Below are positions 17,771-27,528 of a DNA stretch of 64,000 nucleotides, in pieces; within the stretch, counting starts at the first letter, position 1; every line of letters begins with the position of its first letter. The stretch is from a virus: positions 32,001 to 96,000 of IMG/VR virus record IMGVR_UViG_3300045921_000191; one strand, 5' to 3'. The position numbers and the translations under genes were made by a program. Below the pieces are notes generated by a model that was given only the letters and a program-made list of their open reading frames with translations, made no database searches and had not been told where the DNA came from.

Positions 17771-17926
17771 TTACAAGTCCTTGATGGGAGTATTTGACCA
17801 ACCAGTAATTGGTGCTTCGACCTCTACCGTATAATTTGTTCCATCAAAATTGCAAGTAATAATTCCTGCTGAGTGAGAAAGAACGATCCTAGGTTTGTAA
17901 GTAGATCTAGTAATTAATTGTGCCAT
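17771..17926 (-). CDS. Small 51-aa protein (below the ORF-track cutoff)
   Basis: ATG 1 nt after the stop of 17928..18914: MAQLITRSTYKPRIVLSHSAGIITCNFDGTNYTVEVEAPITGWSNTPIKDL; fills the gap. Confidence 0.5.
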   Translation of the reverse strand: MAQLITRSTYKPRIVLSHSAGIITCNFDGTNYTVEVEAPITGWSNTPIKDL

Positions 17927-17927
17927 C

Positions 17928-18914
17928 TTATAGCTCCGCGTCCGCGGTCCAATGAAAAGCTACTCGGTTTCCAGAAACAGTTGTGCCTGTAAATATAACA
18001 GAGTCTCCAGATTCAGATGGATCGTTAGTTCTAGCACATGCTATGTTTGTGCCTGCGGTAATGTCCCTACCTGAACCTGAAGCTCCAGTTGCGGTATTAT
18101 ATGTTAAAAAAGTATAGTTTGAAGTTCTTTTAAGAACCCTAAAATACACATGATACGTTACGTTAGTTGTAGTTGGGCTTGTTTCAAAATGTGCTCCATT
18201 TAAAACTGCGGTTCCAGGAGCATCATCTAATCTATAACTTTTCTCATAGTAACGTTGGCACAATGCTAATTCGCCAGAAACATCTTCTCCAGCTAAAGCA
18301 AAATTAGCTGGCGCAGCGCCTTCATTGAGCATCACCTGAGCCAGATCAATAGTCATTGTGGTATTTAGCGGTAATGCTAATATTAGTCGAATATAGTCAG
18401 AACTAGTTCCTAATGTTTTACCTGCGATTGAGGGAATAGAGAAAGTTAAAGTAAATTTTTTCCAACTGGTAGTTAGGTTTACGGTCTGAGCTGCGGTTGA
18501 AACAGGACTTGAGGGAGATCCTCCTGAACCAAACACTTGTTGAAAACTAACGTTCACGCTGCGTGCTGCATCTGCTTTTGCATAAAAACTAAGGGTTGCT
18601 TGTTTTCCAGCTAGAGTTCTGACAGATTCAATTTTGTGTTGAATTTGTCTAGCAGTAGACCCAGAGCCAGCTACAGTCTGCGCCCATCTATAAAAATAAG
18701 TAGGTTCTCCTGGAACATCTGTTTGGCCAAGAGTAAAAGCTTGTCTGGAAATTGTAAATGTTCCAATTGAACCGTCGTAGAAATGCGTAAAACGATCAGC
18801 CGTGTACGCTCCAGAAGAAGGGGTGGTAAACGACGTGCCGCGTTGCCAAAAGTCAAAGTTACCATTTATGATAAAATTTGGACTTGAATTTTTAATTAAT
18901 CCTATTGTCGCCAT
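17928..18914 (-). CDS. Tail fibre / receptor-binding protein, paralog 3
   Basis: NFIINGNFDFWQRG...LSFYAKA...ELALCQRYYEKSY...HWTADAEL. Confidence 0.7.
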   Translation of the reverse strand: MATIGLIKNSSPNFIINGNFDFWQRGTSFTTPSSGAYTADRFTHFYDGSIGTFTISRQAFTLGQTDVPGEPTYFYRWAQTVAGSGSTARQIQHKIESVRTLAGKQATLSFYAKADAARSVNVSFQQVFGSGGSPSSPVSTAAQTVNLTTSWKKFTLTFSIPSIAGKTLGTSSDYIRLILALPLNTTMTIDLAQVMLNEGAAPANFALAGEDVSGELALCQRYYEKSYRLDDAPGTAVLNGAHFETSPTTTNVTYHVYFRVLKRTSNYTFLTYNTATGASGSGRDITAGTNIACARTNDPSESGDSVIFTGTTVSGNRVAFHWTADAEL

Positions 18915-20860
18915 TAGGTGCTCTCAAAAATGATGTTGTTACTGTTGTCTAGTCTCATTTCCACTAGAGTTCCATCGGGCCTGCGAAGAAGCACGCCACG
19001 ACCAGCTAACGATCTATCCACAGAAGGATCTGTTGAACCCAAATGATTGGCTGCAATCGTTGCCGCATTGTAGTCCGAATTATCAAATCCGCTTCCTTGA
19101 GATTGATCAAATATTAATTTAAACTTTTGACCTGCGTGTACAAATTGTCCACTTGGGAAAGTTACAGCATTACCATTGAGTCCGAACATTCCATAACGAT
19201 ATACTTGACCAGTAAATCCGTCATAAACTTTCAGATAACGAGCATCAGGTAGGAAATTAGTAATAGTAAAAGAGGTAGTATTTGCGTCCCCGTCTACTTC
19301 AAAGGCTTGAATAGCGTCATCGCCTGTTACTACGTTTGCAATCTTCTCTGCGTAAAATACTGCGTATCCGTTTAACTTACGATTCGCAGCACTCGAAATA
19401 ACCTTGACTCGTAGATCATACACATGACCTCTAAGTAGATAGGTAAGAGATACGCCAGAAGAAGTAGACCAAGTCGTGCCGTTGAAAATAGAACTGTTAT
19501 TAGGACCTGCACTATTAGCTCTCCATCGCAATGCGGTTGTGGAAGTAACAAAACTATTCTTATACGCTGCGTCAGTAATTACTGATAACCAATATGTGCC
19601 AGCGGGTAGAATTGCTTTTAAATCGCTAAGAACTACGGTATTGTCGCCTGCTGACAAAGATGAAATGCTTTGAGGAGACGATTCGTAAATCAGATCTGTT
19701 TGAGCAGTGGAGGGTTGTCCAGCACTGTCTCGCACCAATCTAACTCTAAAAGTACCAAGAGGAGATCCTACCTTATTCAGGTAAGTAGTGATTTCTCTGA
19801 CGGCAGTTTTAGTAGATAGTGTAAAAGGAGTAGCTCTGCTTTGCGCTGTTGAAGCGTTTAACTCTTGATCCGAGTTTTCGTTAACTGCTGCATACTCGTC
19901 TTGGTTAGCTAAGGCTGGTTCTGCTAGAACTTTATATCCACGAAAACGCTCAGTGGTTCCAAGGCGTTCCATGTCTAAAGTCTCAAAGTTAGTGCCATCA
20001 ATTGCTACAGATACTTGCGAAGCGCTGGTTTCTTCTGAACCAGAGAACCAATCCGTAATGACTTCGATTTGACGAGAGTCTTCTTCGGTCAAAAGCCATT
20101 CTGCGTCAAACATTTGAACAGATAACAGGAACTCTGTATTGTCCATATCATAAGTGTTGTCGACTAGGTTATAACTTCCAGTGGAAGCTCCGTCGATCAA
20201 AGTATCAGTAGATTGAGCAATAACGTTAGGAGTAAGATACTCGAAGTATGAATCGAAAAGGCGAATCTTCATCTCTTCGACGAATTCGTTTGCATTTCCA
20301 GATCCAGAACCTCCTCCGCCGCCTCCGACCATTTGAAAGATCGAAGTGTTAGTGATGTTTTCTATTGTTCCAGCGTTGTTAAAGATTGAAACGTATCCAA
20401 TCTTAAAAGTGCCAGAGGGAGCAGGAGGAACGGGGGCAGACGCTTCTACAGCGTTCGATGCTCCAACTACTACTCCTAGGTTTCCGATAGCAGTCAAGTA
20501 AATAGTTACTTTGACGTATTCGTTAGGAGGACAAGTTAGAATTCCGTTGTTTCCAGGAGAAACTGTGATAGTTCCGCCAGTAGAGGCAGGAAAAGTAATG
20601 GTTCCAGAAGTGAAAGCTGGGAGTAGGCCCCCGATATGAGGAATCGTGCGGTTGCGAAGAGTTACAGGATTTTGTACTTTGATGCTGCCGATGTTAAGAA
20701 CTAGGTTAGGTGTTGCTGTTGCAAACATGTGCAGAGGCGGAGTCGCTTCTGCGTTAAGTGATCTCAAGAGATCGTCTAATTCTGTTCCAGAAGCGAGGGC
20801 AAGGCGGTTCAAGGTATCCCTTGAAATTACTTGACGAGCATCAAATTTCGTGATAGCCAT
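18914..20860 (-). CDS. Tail/baseplate-associated structural protein
   Basis: Multi-domain beta-rich protein with a poly-Gly hinge; tail cluster. Confidence 0.55.
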   Translation of the reverse strand: MAITKFDARQVISRDTLNRLALASGTELDDLLRSLNAEATPPLHMFATATPNLVLNIGSIKVQNPVTLRNRTIPHIGGLLPAFTSGTITFPASTGGTITVSPGNNGILTCPPNEYVKVTIYLTAIGNLGVVVGASNAVEASAPVPPAPSGTFKIGYVSIFNNAGTIENITNTSIFQMVGGGGGGSGSGNANEFVEEMKIRLFDSYFEYLTPNVIAQSTDTLIDGASTGSYNLVDNTYDMDNTEFLLSVQMFDAEWLLTEEDSRQIEVITDWFSGSEETSASQVSVAIDGTNFETLDMERLGTTERFRGYKVLAEPALANQDEYAAVNENSDQELNASTAQSRATPFTLSTKTAVREITTYLNKVGSPLGTFRVRLVRDSAGQPSTAQTDLIYESSPQSISSLSAGDNTVVLSDLKAILPAGTYWLSVITDAAYKNSFVTSTTALRWRANSAGPNNSSIFNGTTWSTSSGVSLTYLLRGHVYDLRVKVISSAANRKLNGYAVFYAEKIANVVTGDDAIQAFEVDGDANTTSFTITNFLPDARYLKVYDGFTGQVYRYGMFGLNGNAVTFPSGQFVHAGQKFKLIFDQSQGSGFDNSDYNAATIAANHLGSTDPSVDRSLAGRGVLLRRPDGTLVEMRLDNSNNIIFEST

Positions 20861-21159
20861 TAAGCACTCCTATCTACTCTGAATCTTACAGCATCTCCAA
20901 CTAGTAAGTCAAAGGTAAAAGATACCTCAGTCCTAGGCGGAGATCCTTCGTAATTATAATCAACCAACTGCTCTAATCGTTGTCCACCCAAATACACTTC
21001 TAGTTCATCAGCGGAGTAGGTGCCTGATGCGGGAAGTTCTACTGGGGTTCCAGTTAAAATGGGAGACGCTACTATGAAACTTTCATCGTAAATGGAGATC
21101 GAGCCTGCTTCATCGAAGGATCTCGGAACTCCATTTGAAAGTCTTAGAAACTTACCCAT
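20860..21159 (-). CDS. Small virion structural protein
   Basis: LEVYLGGQRL...DY module also present in 24965..27469. Confidence 0.55.
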   Translation of the reverse strand: MGKFLRLSNGVPRSFDEAGSISIYDESFIVASPILTGTPVELPASGTYSADELEVYLGGQRLEQLVDYNYEGSPPRTEVSFTFDLLVGDAVRFRVDRSA

Positions 21160-21175
21160 TCATTAATCCTCTCTC

Positions 21176-22630
21176 TTAGTTAACGCCCATTATTTGAATT
21201 TGAACTTCAAGGTTGTTGGCATCTCGTGCCATAGCAACTTTGACCACGGCTTCGTCAGCAGCGGAAGGAGCAGTGTTTGACAAAGCTCCAGCAGCGTTCA
21301 AATAAATAGGCGCGCCTACTGTAAACCCGTGTGAAGGGGCGTTCAGCAAACCAGCCTTAGTTACCGTAACAGGATCTCCTGCGGCAAGCGAGGTAGAAGG
21401 ACGAACAAGTCCCATAACATGGAAATTATCCACAGAACTTGCATCTTTGTCCGCCTTATAAACTCTACCAGCTACAAAACCTGCGTCGGCGGCTTTAGCC
21501 CATCGAACTGCGAACAGAGTTGCAGAAGCCATTGCTTCCCCAGCGTTAAGCGTTTCTTTAAGAGACGCGGAGCCAGCTTCGACTGTAACAAGGCGATCGG
21601 CCAATTCGTCCAAATGAGCGGCAATCGAAGAACCGTCGGCAACGGTCCAATCCGAAGCATCAGCTTGGGTATGGTTAAGATCTGCCGAATCTTTTGTGGC
21701 AAAACGAGTATCAAATCGAGCATTTGTGTAGTAAAGGTTAGTCGAACCTTCATCCAAGTCGTCTGTGTCTTTAGCAGCAAAAGCTGAATCAAATCGAGCT
21801 TGTGTGTAGTAAAGGTTAGCAGCGCCTTCAGCGATATCATCAGAATCTAGCACAACAACGCCAGTCATGCCGTTTACAGACATTACTGCGTCAGCATTAT
21901 CCGTTTGTTGCCAGATCGAACCATTGTAAACTACCCAATCTCCAATAGAGAAAGTTTGGTTTCCAGATCCAAGATCTTGAGTTCCAGCAACGCTAACTCG
22001 GTAAACCATACCAGCATCGCCAGTACCGTCTTGAAGTTGGGGATCATTAGCAGAAGCATCCCAAATACCTTCGTAGGTCATTACCGCAGAAGGAAGTTGA
22101 GCTACAGGAATCTTGCCACCACCATCAAGGGTAGCAACGCCGTTTGCTGCGCCTTTTTCGGTAAGTGCAATCTTTTCAGAATCAAGTTCGTTAAGAGCAG
22201 CTTGAACGTTAGTGGCCGCTAAATTGCCAGCAGGAACAGAGCTGATTGCAGAAGCGTCGTGCGCGTCTGCTGAGTCTGCAAGGTGGTCATCGATGTCTTG
22301 TTGAGCGTCAGCAGCGTCAGACAAAGCCTGAGTAGCGTCTGCTTGTGCGGCTTGTGCTGCGTCCAACGACTCTGCCAAAGCAGCTTCTACGTTAGTAGCG
22401 GTAAATTGTGCTGCTGCGTCTTCAATGCCAACTAGCGAAGCGCCAAGAGCGTTCGCATTAGAAGCAAGGTCTGTACGAATTGCAAGAAGCGAATCGAGTA
22501 ATGCTTTAGTCAGTTCAGTGGGAGACGAAGTTCCTACTTTAAGTGACCCAACAATAAGGGAGTTTTGAGAAAGGTCCACATGACGTTGTATGCCTGCGAC
22601 CAGTCTTGAGAGTCTTGAAATATCGGCCAT
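21176..22630 (-). CDS. Fibre-like virion protein with repeats
   Basis: ATNVEAAL/ATNVQAAL repeats, KGAANGVATLD..GKIPVAQLP, and two DD(I/L)xEGxxNLYYTxARFD repeats. Confidence 0.6.
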   Translation of the reverse strand: MADISRLSRLVAGIQRHVDLSQNSLIVGSLKVGTSSPTELTKALLDSLLAIRTDLASNANALGASLVGIEDAAAQFTATNVEAALAESLDAAQAAQADATQALSDAADAQQDIDDHLADSADAHDASAISSVPAGNLAATNVQAALNELDSEKIALTEKGAANGVATLDGGGKIPVAQLPSAVMTYEGIWDASANDPQLQDGTGDAGMVYRVSVAGTQDLGSGNQTFSIGDWVVYNGSIWQQTDNADAVMSVNGMTGVVVLDSDDIAEGAANLYYTQARFDSAFAAKDTDDLDEGSTNLYYTNARFDTRFATKDSADLNHTQADASDWTVADGSSIAAHLDELADRLVTVEAGSASLKETLNAGEAMASATLFAVRWAKAADAGFVAGRVYKADKDASSVDNFHVMGLVRPSTSLAAGDPVTVTKAGLLNAPSHGFTVGAPIYLNAAGALSNTAPSAADEAVVKVAMARDANNLEVQIQIMGVN

Positions 22631-22635
22631 TTGGG

Positions 22636-22839
22636 TTAGTTTCCTTGTTTCTTATCGAAATCTTTGGGTTTGATTTCAAACTGCATCATGGCTTTCATAC
22701 CGTAAACTTCCAAGATGCGGTTTGCTTGTTCGCATGCGTTATCGCATAGTTCTCGTAGTTTCTGTCCGATTGCTTCACTAAGTTGTTGAAGTTGTTCATC
22801 AGATAGATTCTCTGCATTTACGCGGCGTTCTCTGTTCAT
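22636..22839 (-). CDS. Hypothetical protein
   Basis: 67-aa ORF with a GAGG RBS. Confidence 0.6.
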   Translation of the reverse strand: MNRERRVNAENLSDEQLQQLSEAIGQKLRELCDNACEQANRILEVYGMKAMMQFEIKPKDFDKKQGN

Positions 22840-22884
22840 AGTATACCTCGATTCTTTCTGGGTTTTCTTTCCTATGTAAATGTA

Positions 22885-23958
22885 TTAAAGTTGTCCAACT
22901 AGTTGAATATTAACATGTAAATCCTTCAAAGATGGGTTAGAAGAATTCTCCATAATAGTTCCGATCTTTATTACAAAATCGCCCTCTTCAAATCCTCCTG
23001 ATCCAATATCAGGCTCTACGTCTGTTATTCCGCCAGTTTTGGATAAAAACACTGGAGATCCTACTGCAATGGCAGTACTAACGTCCTCTAAAATGCCACT
23101 CAAAACTACCACACCAGAGGCAGAGTCCGCTGTATTAGCTTTAACTACTCCAATGGTAGATAAGGCTTCGGCTTCTACGGAAGGATCTATCTCGTCCATC
23201 TCACCGTCTGAATTAACTCTTACTGGAGTGAGTTTGGTAATAGTGGACCCAGAGTTGTTATCCATCTCTTTTTCAAGAGCATTTGACGCACCGCCTCCAC
23301 CACCTGCTTCTTGAATCGCTGCGTCAATTAAGAAATTATCCCTATTTCTTATAACAGTCCTAGCTGCATCAGAAATAGGAGATCCTTGAAATAAAGCAAA
23401 ATTAGAAGTAGATCTGTATAAACTGGCCTGCCCTGCGGCTGGAGTAATTCCTACTTTCTCAACCTCCTGTATTACAACAGTAGTTGCCCATTTTGTTGTG
23501 GGATTAGAAAATGACAAAATCTTGTACTCTTTTCCTGTCGAATCAACTACTGAATCTCCTATCTCGGAGGCATTCGCCGAAGAGGAAGAGTCCCAACTAG
23601 CGGTCACAGTATAACTAAAATTTGGACCAGAAAGTAAAACAGCAGAATTTAAAGTTCCAGCAGTTCGCACAGCAGGTCTAAGATCGACTTGTCCTGGAGT
23701 AGCTATTGTAGAGTTGTAGTCGTCATCTTCTACTGGGAGTACATTGTTAGATAAGGCCGTCACGGTTACTACGTCGCCGTCTCCTACGGGTAGCGAAGTT
23801 GAGTTCGCTATCTCGTAAGTATTCATCGCTGTGTCCGTTATTACATCACCGTGTCTTGTAAATTTGGCGCTTGAGGCTGGGGAATAGTACAGTTCGATTG
23901 TATAAGTATTTCCTGCTATAAAAGTCGGATTAAAAATAAAAACAGATGTTGATAACAT
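22885..23958 (-). CDS. Virion structural protein
   Basis: Poly-Gly hinge; C-terminal domain (GSPVFLS..G.IT) resembles the C-terminus of 21176..22630. Confidence 0.55.
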   Translation of the reverse strand: MLSTSVFIFNPTFIAGNTYTIELYYSPASSAKFTRHGDVITDTAMNTYEIANSTSLPVGDGDVVTVTALSNNVLPVEDDDYNSTIATPGQVDLRPAVRTAGTLNSAVLLSGPNFSYTVTASWDSSSSANASEIGDSVVDSTGKEYKILSFSNPTTKWATTVVIQEVEKVGITPAAGQASLYRSTSNFALFQGSPISDAARTVIRNRDNFLIDAAIQEAGGGGGASNALEKEMDNNSGSTITKLTPVRVNSDGEMDEIDPSVEAEALSTIGVVKANTADSASGVVVLSGILEDVSTAIAVGSPVFLSKTGGITDVEPDIGSGGFEEGDFVIKIGTIMENSSNPSLKDLHVNIQLVGQL

Positions 23959-23968
23959 TTTTAAACTC

Positions 23969-24952
23969 TTAAGCTAAGCTTACTAGTTTTACAAAAATTA
24001 TTACTTTAAAAGACGCGTCAGTAGAGGCTACCAAATCTGCTATAGAAAAGCTGTTTAAAGATATATTAGCTTTAACGTTTGCGTCAGCAAACTTGTTAAC
24101 TAAATCGTAACGTTGAACAGCAGCAGGACCTGAGTCTCTGACTTGCATTATCGAAACTAAAGCAGGCATCATGGCTAAACCGTGAGTTACAGCTAGATCT
24201 GCTGCCGTAGAATGTATGCCAGTAATGGCTGCGACTGATGCTGGTTGAACTGACCATCCAGCTGGAACTGAGGTAAAGCCGTCAGCAATTCTAGTTGCTA
24301 AATCTGATCCTGCACCTAATTTAATGACAAATTCATTAGAAGATCCACCGCCCTCCGCTAAAGCTGCAATAGCCTGTGCAGTTCTAAGAGGAGTCATGAG
24401 TTTATCATTCACTGCTCCAGCTTCCGCTTCACTCTGTGAAGCAATAGACGCAGAGATTGTAATATCGTTAGCGTTTTGAGCTGTTGCAAGAGGGGCAGAA
24501 GCGATCAAAGATCGCATCTCAAAATTTACTCCAGTCTTTTGTTTAAAAACTTGAGCTCCTGAGCCAAGGTTAGAAGCGGTATTAGCTTCGCCGCTTCCTC
24601 CGCCAGAGGCTGAGATTTCAATATCATCAGCATTTTCAGTAACGGTTACGTTAGCTCCAGCTTTAATTTTTCTAAATTGAAGTTGAACGCCTGACTTTTG
24701 TTTAAAAACTCCAGCTCCAGTAGCGCCTACGTTAGAGCCTGTGTTGGTTTCCCCGCCACCTCCGCCGCCTATAGGAGATCCACCGCTAGTAAGCTGGACC
24801 TCGTTTCCATTGCTGTCGATATACATACCTTCAGCAACTCCGTTAATTACTTTAACGCCCCAAGCGCCTTTGCTTGCGCCAGTGGTTGGTGCAGACGAGT
24901 ACGCGCTTTGTGAAAGCGGTTCTGGAGAAAGTTGATTTGGTTTAATGGCCAT
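23969..24952 (-). CDS. Tail fibre-like protein with tandem repeats
   Basis: Two GExNTxSNxG..VFKQKxGV..R...A repeats, also found once in 24965..27469. Confidence 0.6.
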   Translation of the reverse strand: MAIKPNQLSPEPLSQSAYSSAPTTGASKGAWGVKVINGVAEGMYIDSNGNEVQLTSGGSPIGGGGGGETNTGSNVGATGAGVFKQKSGVQLQFRKIKAGANVTVTENADDIEISASGGGSGEANTASNLGSGAQVFKQKTGVNFEMRSLIASAPLATAQNANDITISASIASQSEAEAGAVNDKLMTPLRTAQAIAALAEGGGSSNEFVIKLGAGSDLATRIADGFTSVPAGWSVQPASVAAITGIHSTAADLAVTHGLAMMPALVSIMQVRDSGPAAVQRYDLVNKFADANVKANISLNSFSIADLVASTDASFKVIIFVKLVSLA

Positions 24953-24964
24953 GATAATCCCTCG

Positions 24965-27469
24965 TTACTTCCTGATGAAAGTAAAGACTTCCGAAACTGT
25001 TGCGGCGGAAGCCAATGTTATTGAAGTTGTACTAGTTTCTTGATAGCGATCAGTCGCTGAGCCAAGAGACAGCGAGTTAAACATAAGAACTCCGTTTCTA
25101 TAAACAAGTAGTTCACCAGTACCCACTGTATAAGTAGGAACTGAAAGAACGGTTCCGCTCAAACCAGATTGATCATATCGATATTGAGGAACATCTTCAT
25201 ACATTACCACAAGAACATCTGAAGCTACTAGAGCAACTGCTAAAGTAATTGAAGTGGCCGAAGTTTCTGTGTACTGATCTACAGCAGAACCTAGAGCCGA
25301 AGCGTTCATCAAAACCCCGTTTCTAAAAACCCTAAGAGAGTTGTTTCCAACTGTATAAGCTGGGACTGAAATAGAGGTTCCAGAAAGTCCCGTCATTTCG
25401 ATTCTATAGTTTGGTTTATCGTAATTATGAATTAACGAGAACACGTCGGTTCCCACTGCTGCTGCTCCGAGTTTCAAAGTTGAATCGCTGAGTTCAGTAT
25501 AACGTGCCGCTGCAATGTCTAGAGTCGCAGTATTAACCATTAGTAGTCCGTTTCGATAAGCCTCTAACCTATTAGAACCAGTATTGTAATCTGCTCCTGT
25601 AGGAATAATGTTGCTAGTCTGACCGCTAACTAGGTTATGAAAGAAGTTGTAATTCTGACTTCCAGATTGAGCAATAACAATATCATCGCCAACTTGAGTG
25701 ATACTAATTCCAGCTCCAGCCAACAGTCTGCGAAGTTCCATATTAGAACCAGCGACTTGTTTAAATACGTTTCCAGTTCCAGTTCCAACGTTAACTCCAG
25801 AAGTTACGCCTGCGCCGCTGCCTGCATTAAAGCCTCCAAGAGTACCAATGCGGAAAGTAATAACATCATCGACCGTAAGGTCCATGTTAATTTCGATTTC
25901 ATTACTGAGGGTATCAACTGCGCCGACCTCTAACCAATCAGTTCCTAATCGAAGATACTGACCATTAAGGAAGAGTTCTAAAATACCACGACCAACTACG
26001 TACTCTTCAATCGTGTTAGAGTCTCTACTATCTAACGGAAGAGTAATAATGGTTCCAGCAATTACTGGTCCAGTAATTTCATGGTCGTCAGCAGGCGCTC
26101 CAGAAACAACTGTTACCGTTTCGTCGTAGATGTTACCTTGAATAGCAAGTCCAAGAGCGTTAATGTTATCGGTGTTGGTGGAGATCGCTTCTACTAAATG
26201 ATCGCTAGTAGAGAATGTATTAGTGAAAATATTAGGATTAGGTGTGATCGAGTATGGAACGCTAGTGGCTGTCTCGGGATTAAATCCAAGTAGCATTTGA
26301 AGAGTACGAGTCGTCTCGTCATTAATTTGTTTTTCTTCGCCAGGTTCCAACTCACCCATACCGCGAAGATATACGCGAGTACCTTCTCGGTAAGCAAGCC
26401 AGTATGTTTGTTCTGAAAGAGGAACGCTTCCACGAGGAGAAACTTTGTAATTAGTGGATAAAGCTCCGACTCCATCATAAACAATGTTTGCGGTGGGGCT
26501 AGGAAGGGATACGTATAAAACTTCTTGGTCAGAAAGTGCAATGGCGTTTGCGCCATCTTGACGAGTAAGGAATATGTTCGAACTATCATTGAGTGCTCGA
26601 ATAGCAGATAGTTGATCGGAATCTAAAGGAGTTCCAGAGTCATCAGTGATACTAAGAGCTGAACCGTCCCAAGAGAATCTAGCGCTAGAAGATAATCCTA
26701 CTAAAGTACTGAGTCCAGTGTTTTGAAATACCGCAGGTGGTGAAACGATAGAAGCTTCATACCAATAATTAGTACCTTTAGACTCTCGAATAGAGTCCAT
26801 AACGGCATCAGCCCATTGTTTAAAGTTTTTAAGATCTTTATCGGCACCAGTAAATTGAGTGACTGGGGGTTCGGTTCTAGAAGCCCAAGGATGAGAGTAA
26901 CCAGCGTTGCCGCTTCGCCCAAGTCTCCAGAACATGTTTCTGGAATCTCTAATTGCAGTAATGATACCGCTTCCGTTTACGTCAACTTCACAAATTCTAA
27001 CTTTGTCAGGATCGCCAGTAAAGTTAGTGGTTGAAATGTTTAGAGAAGCTTTTAAAAAGATAAAAGTATCTACGATCTGAGAAAACTCTCCGCCAGCTCC
27101 GCCATTAGCTGTTTGGTCCCAAAAAGCACGAGAGTCAGCACCACCAGTATCCTGGTCTACGGATATTTCAATGTAGTTTGTTGCGCTAGGCGTCAAAGAT
27201 GCAGTGGACAGGTTTGAAAGGCTTGGAGCCCCGATGTACATTACCCCGTCATCCTCTCCAATGAGAAGGGTAGAGCCAGCTAAAACGATGTCGAGAGTGT
27301 CAGTGCCAATCCCAGAAGCTTCAAAACCAGAGATAACAAAGTTGCCGCTGGTCCAAACATTCTTATGAATAGCTTTAAAATCGGCGCAAACAAAGTCCTC
27401 AATATTATTGAAGTCTGGGCGATCCAGGCGCTCGTTTGGAAGAATTCTGACGCGTTGCAATAAAGCCAT
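24965..27469 (-). CDS. Baseplate / fibre-attachment structural protein
   Basis: Three C-terminal L.V.RNG.LM.N...Y.E.S...I.L repeats; follows the baseplate genes. Confidence 0.6.
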   Translation of the reverse strand: MALLQRVRILPNERLDRPDFNNIEDFVCADFKAIHKNVWTSGNFVISGFEASGIGTDTLDIVLAGSTLLIGEDDGVMYIGAPSLSNLSTASLTPSATNYIEISVDQDTGGADSRAFWDQTANGGAGGEFSQIVDTFIFLKASLNISTTNFTGDPDKVRICEVDVNGSGIITAIRDSRNMFWRLGRSGNAGYSHPWASRTEPPVTQFTGADKDLKNFKQWADAVMDSIRESKGTNYWYEASIVSPPAVFQNTGLSTLVGLSSSARFSWDGSALSITDDSGTPLDSDQLSAIRALNDSSNIFLTRQDGANAIALSDQEVLYVSLPSPTANIVYDGVGALSTNYKVSPRGSVPLSEQTYWLAYREGTRVYLRGMGELEPGEEKQINDETTRTLQMLLGFNPETATSVPYSITPNPNIFTNTFSTSDHLVEAISTNTDNINALGLAIQGNIYDETVTVVSGAPADDHEITGPVIAGTIITLPLDSRDSNTIEEYVVGRGILELFLNGQYLRLGTDWLEVGAVDTLSNEIEINMDLTVDDVITFRIGTLGGFNAGSGAGVTSGVNVGTGTGNVFKQVAGSNMELRRLLAGAGISITQVGDDIVIAQSGSQNYNFFHNLVSGQTSNIIPTGADYNTGSNRLEAYRNGLLMVNTATLDIAAARYTELSDSTLKLGAAAVGTDVFSLIHNYDKPNYRIEMTGLSGTSISVPAYTVGNNSLRVFRNGVLMNASALGSAVDQYTETSATSITLAVALVASDVLVVMYEDVPQYRYDQSGLSGTVLSVPTYTVGTGELLVYRNGVLMFNSLSLGSATDRYQETSTTSITLASAATVSEVFTFIRK

Positions 27470-27528
27470 TTTATCCTAAATCCTTATTATATATTCCAGT
27501 CCAGTTTATCATATAAGTCTTCATTTTA

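Noticed and set aside
14319-18914. Diversity-generating retroelement acting on the adhesin paralogs
   Set aside because: No reverse transcriptase and no near-identical repeat pair differing only at adenines was seen; the similarity is ordinary paralogy.
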